Part shown: positions 58,574 through 64,000 of the stretch, in pieces
Layout: each line of letters opens with the position of its first letter
Numbering within the stretch: position 1 is the stretch's first letter
DNA from: an uncultured Candidatus Poseidoniales archaeon
GTDB taxonomy: Archaea; Thermoplasmatota; Poseidoniia; Poseidoniales; Thalassarchaeaceae
Assembly (NCBI GenBank): GCA_964645485.1
Contig: CAZXZO010000002.1
Span: forward strand, 25,108-89,107
DNA length: 64,000 nt
Direction: 5' to 3'
Notes under the pieces: model-generated
Told to the model about the DNA's origin: nothing
Databases searched by the model: none
The model's input: only the letters and a program-made list of their open reading frames with translations
Made by a program: the position numbers and the translations under genes

Positions 58574-59560
58574 TCAGTCTAACAACCCATCATTGGATGG
58601 TTCAATTGTCATTATGGCCAATAGAAGAACCCACCCCGTTAGCATCGACACTCGAAACAGCATCTTTTGGAAGTCAGCAAACTTTTCACGAAGTAGTATT
58701 ACAGCGATGTTCACAATAGCCATTATTCCCGCAGCCCCTAGAAACCAAATTTCATCCATGGGGTTGGAGATAGCGAAGCATGCGAACCATACTAGGGTTA
58801 GTTGTACAGATGTCCTCGTGGTAGTTTCTTCTGAGAACCGTGAAGGGAATGAATGAATCCCGTTTTCTCGATCACTCTCTACATCCATGCGTGCATAGTT
58901 GATATCGAAGGCAGTTATCCAAAATGCGACCCCTAGGGAGATGAAGAAAATAGTTGGATACCAAAGAAGGTCAGTATATCCATCGTGCAGTCCTGTAATT
59001 GCAGCCCAACCATGCACATCTGCTGCAATAGCAACCCAAGCCCCGGCAGGTGCAAGACCAAGACACAATCCGAGCCATAAATGACACAACCAGGTGTAAC
59101 GCTTAGTGTATGGGTAGATAACGAAGGCTAAGACGGGAAGCCAAGCCATCATTAGTGCAACTTCGTTGAGCAACCAAGCGCCTAAAAGTAGCATACTAAG
59201 GAAAATTGCCGATAGAGTCCAAGCCGTTTGCATTGACATATTTCCCGATACCAAATGCCTGTTTGCAGTTCGTGGGTTGGCGGCATCAACATCACGATCA
59301 ATAATACGATTCAAAGTCATTGCAAGGCCACGGGCTCCCACAGCCGCGATGAGAATCCAAATTAGGTCCATTCTTAACCAACCAAGTTCAGGAACAGGAA
59401 GGTCATGCATGAATTGATTGTAAGCGAGAATATACCCAATTAACACAAAGGGAAGGGAAAAGAGGGTGTGCTCAATTTTTACGAATTCCAAAATTTGCTT
59501 TACACCCAAACTACCACCTCGATACATTTGGTTCCCAAGCTCTCTGTTCATACCCATCAT
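58574..59560 (-). CDS. UbiA-family prenyltransferase (MqnP-like)
   Basis: KIEHTLFSLPF, NRIIDRDVDAANPRT, YPYTKRYT, FDINYARMDVESD. Confidence 0.88.
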   Translation of the reverse strand: MMGMNRELGNQMYRGGSLGVKQILEFVKIEHTLFSLPFVLIGYILAYNQFMHDLPVPELGWLRMDLIWILIAAVGARGLAMTLNRIIDRDVDAANPRTANRHLVSGNMSMQTAWTLSAIFLSMLLLGAWLLNEVALMMAWLPVLAFVIYPYTKRYTWLCHLWLGLCLGLAPAGAWVAIAADVHGWAAITGLHDGYTDLLWYPTIFFISLGVAFWITAFDINYARMDVESDRENGIHSFPSRFSEETTTRTSVQLTLVWFACFAISNPMDEIWFLGAAGIMAIVNIAVILLREKFADFQKMLFRVSMLTGWVLLLAIMTIEPSNDGLLD

Positions 59561-61574
59561 ATCCTGCCATGTTTGTTACTTTGGCAAGAGTTTCTTGGCC
59601 GTGAATAGTGATTGCTGGCCAACTTCTGATAGGAAGAATTGGATCTAGCGCTGATATTTCTTGTCCAGCACTTGCAAGTGCTTTACGACCAGGGTGCGGA
59701 ATCGGGGTGGTGGCATCCCAGCAAACCCTACTACGATTTGAATCAAAATGTAAATCTCTACCAACATCAAATCTAACGGTTAACTGCCAGAGCAATTTTT
59801 GATTTGCTCCTGCTGAATGTAATTTCACATCATCATCAGTGATAAATAGCCATCTTAAATGTTCAGATTCTTCCAATTGCCAAATTGAATTCATCAATTG
59901 GAAAATACGTTGCCTTTGAGCCCTACTGGCTTCAACTTGAAGTGCCCATGCAGCGGGGTCAAGAATTGCCTGCATTCCATTACTTGGGCTAGGTGTGTCA
60001 TCAATTTTTGTTGTAATCACCATAATTGATGGCCTAAGGAGAATTGCCTCGCTAACTTCCTGCATCGCTCTGACTTTTGCACAGAAGTCAACTGAAACTC
60101 CTGGAGCATCTACCTGTCCACGGCGCCAATCTGGAGATTCATCGAAACCCGTTCCTCTAGGTAAGCCGACTCCTCCTTTTCTCGGATCGGCACTTGGTAA
60201 TGTTGTGGCATCAATCAGTAATTTATCGTGAACATTTTCCCATGGTGAAGATGTGTCAAGTGTATCTGCAACCATCCCAGGTATTGTTATCAAATCGGCC
60301 TGTGGGTCTACTTTTTCATGTAAAGCATCGAGAAGAGCATTCAGTTCTTTTACAGGGTGGCCAGGGTCAACGGCAACGGAAATTTTTGTGAACATTAATT
60401 GCCCAGCGCCCAACAAACCAAGGCAAGTTTTTCGTGCTTGACGTGGGTATCTTTGTTTCGCGGCAATAATCGCCAAATTATGGAAACCAGTCTGCAGTGG
60501 CACGAACATATCAACGATATCTCGGTGTTGAAAATTTAATATTGGCAGGAATGCATCTGTAATTGCTTCGCCAATATATCCATCCTCCATAGGCGGAAGT
60601 CCAACAATTGTCATTGGTGCAATAGCATCAGAACGATGAGTGATTGCAGTTACGTGCATCACTGGGTAATCCCCCTCTAAACTATACAGCCCGAAGTGGT
60701 CACCAAAAGGGCCCTCTGGTCTGGTTTCGCCAGGGATACAATACCCTTCAATTACAACATCTGCCTCTGCTGGAACCCACAAATCTTGAGTAGTTGCTTT
60801 CACTAACTTCAGCCTCTGATTTGCTAAGAAGGAAGCGAACATAAATTCAGAAAGATTGTCAGGAAGAGGTGAAATTGCGCTGAAAATTAATTCTGGTGGC
60901 CCTCCTAGACAAATTGCCACAGGTATTTTGTTGAGTGAACCAAGGCTAGCATCAGCATGGTCAGCACCATGTTTGTGCATTTGCCAATGAAGTCCACATT
61001 CGGTTGGGCCATAAATTTGTGAGCGGTACATCCCGAGGTTTTGCTCACCGCTGACTGGATCTTTCGTGACTACTAATGGTAGGGTGATAAACGGCCCACC
61101 GTCTTGTGGCCAAGTTTTGGGGATTGGAAGAGATGTTAAGTCTGGATTTTCCATGACTACTTCCTGACATGCTCCTTTTCTGACTCGTTTTGGAGCCATT
61201 CGCAGACCTTGTTTGGCTAAGCCAATTCCTTTCCATGGTTTCTTAGAAATTGTGGCAATGTCTGGTTTCATCAATTCCACGAGTCGGTTTCCAATAGTTG
61301 CCAACTCATCCACGCCAAGAGCCGTTTTCACCCTAGTTCTAGTTCCAAAAAGATTCATTGCAAGGGGAATTTTGGATATGCTGCCATTCTGTAATCTTGG
61401 TTGCTCAAAAATTACAGCCTTGCCTTCACCCTTTACAAGACGGTCGGCAATACATCCCGCCTCTAACTCTACATCAACCGGTCTTGCAATGCGCAGCATA
61501 TCTCCCTGTTCCTCGAGGGCGGCGATAAATTGCTGCAGATTACTCCATCCCACAGCCCTCGGAGGGGCTCTCAC
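59511..61574 (-). CDS. UbiD-family decarboxylase (MqnL-like) with C-terminal extension
   Basis: WPQDGG, QNLGMYR, EGPFGDHFG, DTLD..DAT. Confidence 0.9.
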   Translation of the reverse strand: MRAPPRAVGWSNLQQFIAALEEQGDMLRIARPVDVELEAGCIADRLVKGEGKAVIFEQPRLQNGSISKIPLAMNLFGTRTRVKTALGVDELATIGNRLVELMKPDIATISKKPWKGIGLAKQGLRMAPKRVRKGACQEVVMENPDLTSLPIPKTWPQDGGPFITLPLVVTKDPVSGEQNLGMYRSQIYGPTECGLHWQMHKHGADHADASLGSLNKIPVAICLGGPPELIFSAISPLPDNLSEFMFASFLANQRLKLVKATTQDLWVPAEADVVIEGYCIPGETRPEGPFGDHFGLYSLEGDYPVMHVTAITHRSDAIAPMTIVGLPPMEDGYIGEAITDAFLPILNFQHRDIVDMFVPLQTGFHNLAIIAAKQRYPRQARKTCLGLLGAGQLMFTKISVAVDPGHPVKELNALLDALHEKVDPQADLITIPGMVADTLDTSSPWENVHDKLLIDATTLPSADPRKGGVGLPRGTGFDESPDWRRGQVDAPGVSVDFCAKVRAMQEVSEAILLRPSIMVITTKIDDTPSPSNGMQAILDPAAWALQVEASRAQRQRIFQLMNSIWQLEESEHLRWLFITDDDVKLHSAGANQKLLWQLTVRFDVGRDLHFDSNRSRVCWDATTPIPHPGRKALASAGQEISALDPILPIRSWPAITIHGQETLAKVTNMAGYDGYEQRAWEPNVSRW

Positions 61575-61628
61575 CTATGAAACATCAAGGAGAGATATTC
61601 AAACAAATTCACCCAGATTATTCCACAT

Positions 61629-62909
61629 TTGGTAACCGCGTTATTCATGAAGGGACCCCCCTCATCACAACCCATGGAGGGAGCCGGTACAGAGTGTGAC
61701 GTCTTGGTCATTGGCGCCGGGCCTGGCGGTGGTGCTGCGGCTTTACACAGTGCAAGAGAAGGTCTCAATGTCATCCTAATCGAAGATCATGACGAGATTG
61801 GGACTCCCGTACATTGCGGAGAATGTATATCGGATTTAGCCGTAAACAACCTAAAACTTGAACTTCCAGATTCAGTAATTTCACGTCCTGTTGATGGTAT
61901 TAGAGTACTGTTTCCGGATGGAACGGCAAAAAAATTAAGTGAACCGGGATACGTTCTAGAAAAGCACTTGTTTGAGCAGTGGTTAGCAGCGGAAGCAGTT
62001 GAAGCGGGCGCACAATTACACCTATCACACAAGTTGACAGGCCTTGAGCGTCAAGAAAATGATGGTGTTTTCAGCGGTTGGATTTGCCAGGGTAAGGGGG
62101 ACCAATTTCCAATTACAGCTAAGATTGTAATTGATGCCTCTGGCGTTGCTGGAGTATGCTCAAAAATTTTGCAATTAAACCCCCGTCCTAAAGTGGTTGC
62201 AGGGATGCAATATGAGGTACTAGAAGTTCCAACAGATGGTTACTTGGATTTCTATATTTGGCCAAAATATGCCGAAAAAGGTTATCTTTGGATGATACCA
62301 AAGGCAGATGGAAGGGCTAACATTGGGTTAGTTACAGAGAATAAAAAGGGTGCTGTAAAGGCACTAGACCAATTCATAGAAAATGGGGAATTCAAGGGAT
62401 TAGAAATGATCAATCCGCCCTGGCGGAAAGAAGGAATGAAACTGCGAGGTTTTGGCGGAACTATACCAATTTCCGGGCCACATGAAGTCACTCATACAGA
62501 TGGAATAATGCTGATTGGTGATGCGGCTGGTTTCACTTCACCTCTGTTTGAAGGAGGTTCTCATTTGGCTTTGAAATCAGCATCATTTGCAGCTCAGACT
62601 GCGGCTGAAGCAATCGCTGCTGGAGATATAACCGCTTCCAAGTTAGCCATATATTCATCCAAATGGAAAAGAGAGTTTCCACCATATGAAAAAATACTGA
62701 GAGGAAAAACAGCCTTGTATTCACTCAGTGATTCTGATATGTCAGTAATGGGCAAATGTTTCCCAGAAGAAATGTCTTCGATGGGAATATCTGGAAAGGC
62801 AATGGTTGGAATCCGCCTACTTGTTAGAAGACCTAGTTTATATTTCAAGAAAATAGTTCCAGCGATGTTGGCTTTTGGTTATAGCCGGGCTAAATACTAT
62901 GGCTGGTAA
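61629..62909 (+). CDS. Geranylgeranyl reductase-family FAD oxidoreductase
   Basis: IGAGPGG, CGECIS, DASG, GYLWMIPK, IGDAAGFTSPLFEGG. Confidence 0.88.
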   Translation: MVTALFMKGPPSSQPMEGAGTECDVLVIGAGPGGGAAALHSAREGLNVILIEDHDEIGTPVHCGECISDLAVNNLKLELPDSVISRPVDGIRVLFPDGTAKKLSEPGYVLEKHLFEQWLAAEAVEAGAQLHLSHKLTGLERQENDGVFSGWICQGKGDQFPITAKIVIDASGVAGVCSKILQLNPRPKVVAGMQYEVLEVPTDGYLDFYIWPKYAEKGYLWMIPKADGRANIGLVTENKKGAVKALDQFIENGEFKGLEMINPPWRKEGMKLRGFGGTIPISGPHEVTHTDGIMLIGDAAGFTSPLFEGGSHLALKSASFAAQTAAEAIAAGDITASKLAIYSSKWKREFPPYEKILRGKTALYSLSDSDMSVMGKCFPEEMSSMGISGKAMVGIRLLVRRPSLYFKKIVPAMLAFGYSRAKYYGW

Positions 62910-62972
62910 TCCAACAATCAGCGATTACTTACGGCCGAAATTGCCATCAGTTGATGGCTACTCGCACCAATT

Positions 62973-64000
62973 GTGCAGTGGCTTCTTTGGTTAGCAATCG
63001 CGGTTTCCATAGCCGGTATCTCGATGCCGTGGCGAAATCTGTCTGCGGAGCAATCATTGTGGTTCCCACGAATCATCACAACAATCCAAATTTTACCTTT
63101 CATCGCCCTAAGTTGGCTATTTATCAGTGATTCTACAAACTATGATTTGGTTCGTCTTTACGGTGGCAGTGAGATGCCATTTGCCTATCGTATCAGTGCG
63201 GTTTGGGCTAGTAGAGAAGGGCCAACCCTCCTTTGGGCTGGTTTGTTAGCAATCTGTGGCCTTGCGTTCCAAGATGCGGCGAAAGATGAGAGTTCGATTC
63301 TATTTCGTAAATTAGTCAATGGCGCAATTCTAACACTCTTCTCTATTGCAATGATGATGCGACCATTCAGGCTTGCACAAAGCAATTGGCGAGGTGAATT
63401 AAATCCACTACTGCAAACCGATTTGATGGTCTTCCATCCGCCACTGGTTTTCCTGTTTTACTCACTTTGTATGGTTGTGATGCTGAAGGCTTTGTCTACA
63501 GTTCTTAGTAACGATGGTGTTGATGATTCTCGACTTCGTGAGATGGTGACGCCGCCAGCAAGAGTAGCATTGGTAGTAGGTACGATTGGAGTGGGACTCG
63601 GTGGGCTATGGGCTTACACAGTGCTTGATTGGGGCGGGTATTGGGCTTGGGATCCCGTCGAAACAGCATCCCTTTTGCCCTGGCTTGGGCTCCTCCTTTT
63701 ACTTCATCTACGGGTAACTCCTGGTGGGAAAAATAGTGGTTTCGTCCTCCCTTTAGCAATCCTTCCTGGATGGTTCTCTATCCACGCTACTATGGTCACT
63801 AGAGCCAATGGTGTTTGGGCCTCGGTACACGCCTTTGTCTCAGAAGATGTTGGGTCTCAAAGTGATTCTGCAATACTACGAATAATTGACTTACAAAACA
63901 CAGGGGTAAGTGGAACAGAGGTGATTACTTACCTCATTTCATTGGTGGCAATTTTGGCAATCACTGTGGCGGTTATGGTTAGCCGTCAGGCTAGAATTGG
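62973..64000 (+). CDS. ccmF: Cytochrome c biogenesis protein CcmF-like, 3'-truncated (absent from the ORF track)
   Basis: Own translation: YRISAVWASREGPTLLW, NPLLQTDLMVFHPP, GGLWAYTVLDWGGYWAWDPVETASLLPWL (WWD motif); GTG start at 62973 tentative. Confidence 0.88.
   Translation, partial: MQWLLWLAIAVSIAGISMPWRNLSAEQSLWFPRIITTIQILPFIALSWLFISDSTNYDLVRLYGGSEMPFAYRISAVWASREGPTLLWAGLLAICGLAFQDAAKDESSILFRKLVNGAILTLFSIAMMMRPFRLAQSNWRGELNPLLQTDLMVFHPPLVFLFYSLCMVVMLKALSTVLSNDGVDDSRLREMVTPPARVALVVGTIGVGLGGLWAYTVLDWGGYWAWDPVETASLLPWLGLLLLLHLRVTPGGKNSGFVLPLAILPGWFSIHATMVTRANGVWASVHAFVSEDVGSQSDSAILRIIDLQNTGVSGTEVITYLISLVAILAITVAVMVSRQARI

Noticed and set aside
163-63759. Numerous 60-150 aa antisense or alternate-frame ORFs in the track (e.g. 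163-396, 3137-3436, 4847-5296, 63505-63759)
   Set aside because: They are shadows of well-supported genes on the other strand or frame.

Overview
Core-chromosome segment of a Thermoplasmatota archaeon, most likely Marine Group II/III (Poseidoniales-like). This is inferred from archaeal informational genes (PolB, EF-1alpha, aIF5B, L7Ae, S8e, S28e, L24e, SRP19, GINS, deoxyhypusine synthase), bacterial-type genes (UvrB, RimK, PepC, UbiA/UbiD) and large secreted proteins. About 53 CDS and two tRNAs (Leu-CAA, Ile-GAT) are supported; there is no rRNA, CRISPR array, transposase or viral gene. The most unusual structure is around tRNA-Leu. Four copies of the tRNA 3' end separate non-coding units A-B-A (165/154/165 bp); unit A can fold into a tRNA-end mimic, unit B carries 10-bp-phased repeats, and a copy of the tRNA 5' end lies upstream. 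Other leads are two different ParA/partner modules, a GACGGATAAT motif shared by the xerA upstream region and an AT-rich dif/oriC-like locus, an in-frame duplication of the PolB PIP-box tail, and a PepC plus iodotyrosine-deiodinase gene pair. All calls come from reading the sequence and from remembered family motifs; no database search was run, and several start codons were adjusted by eye.
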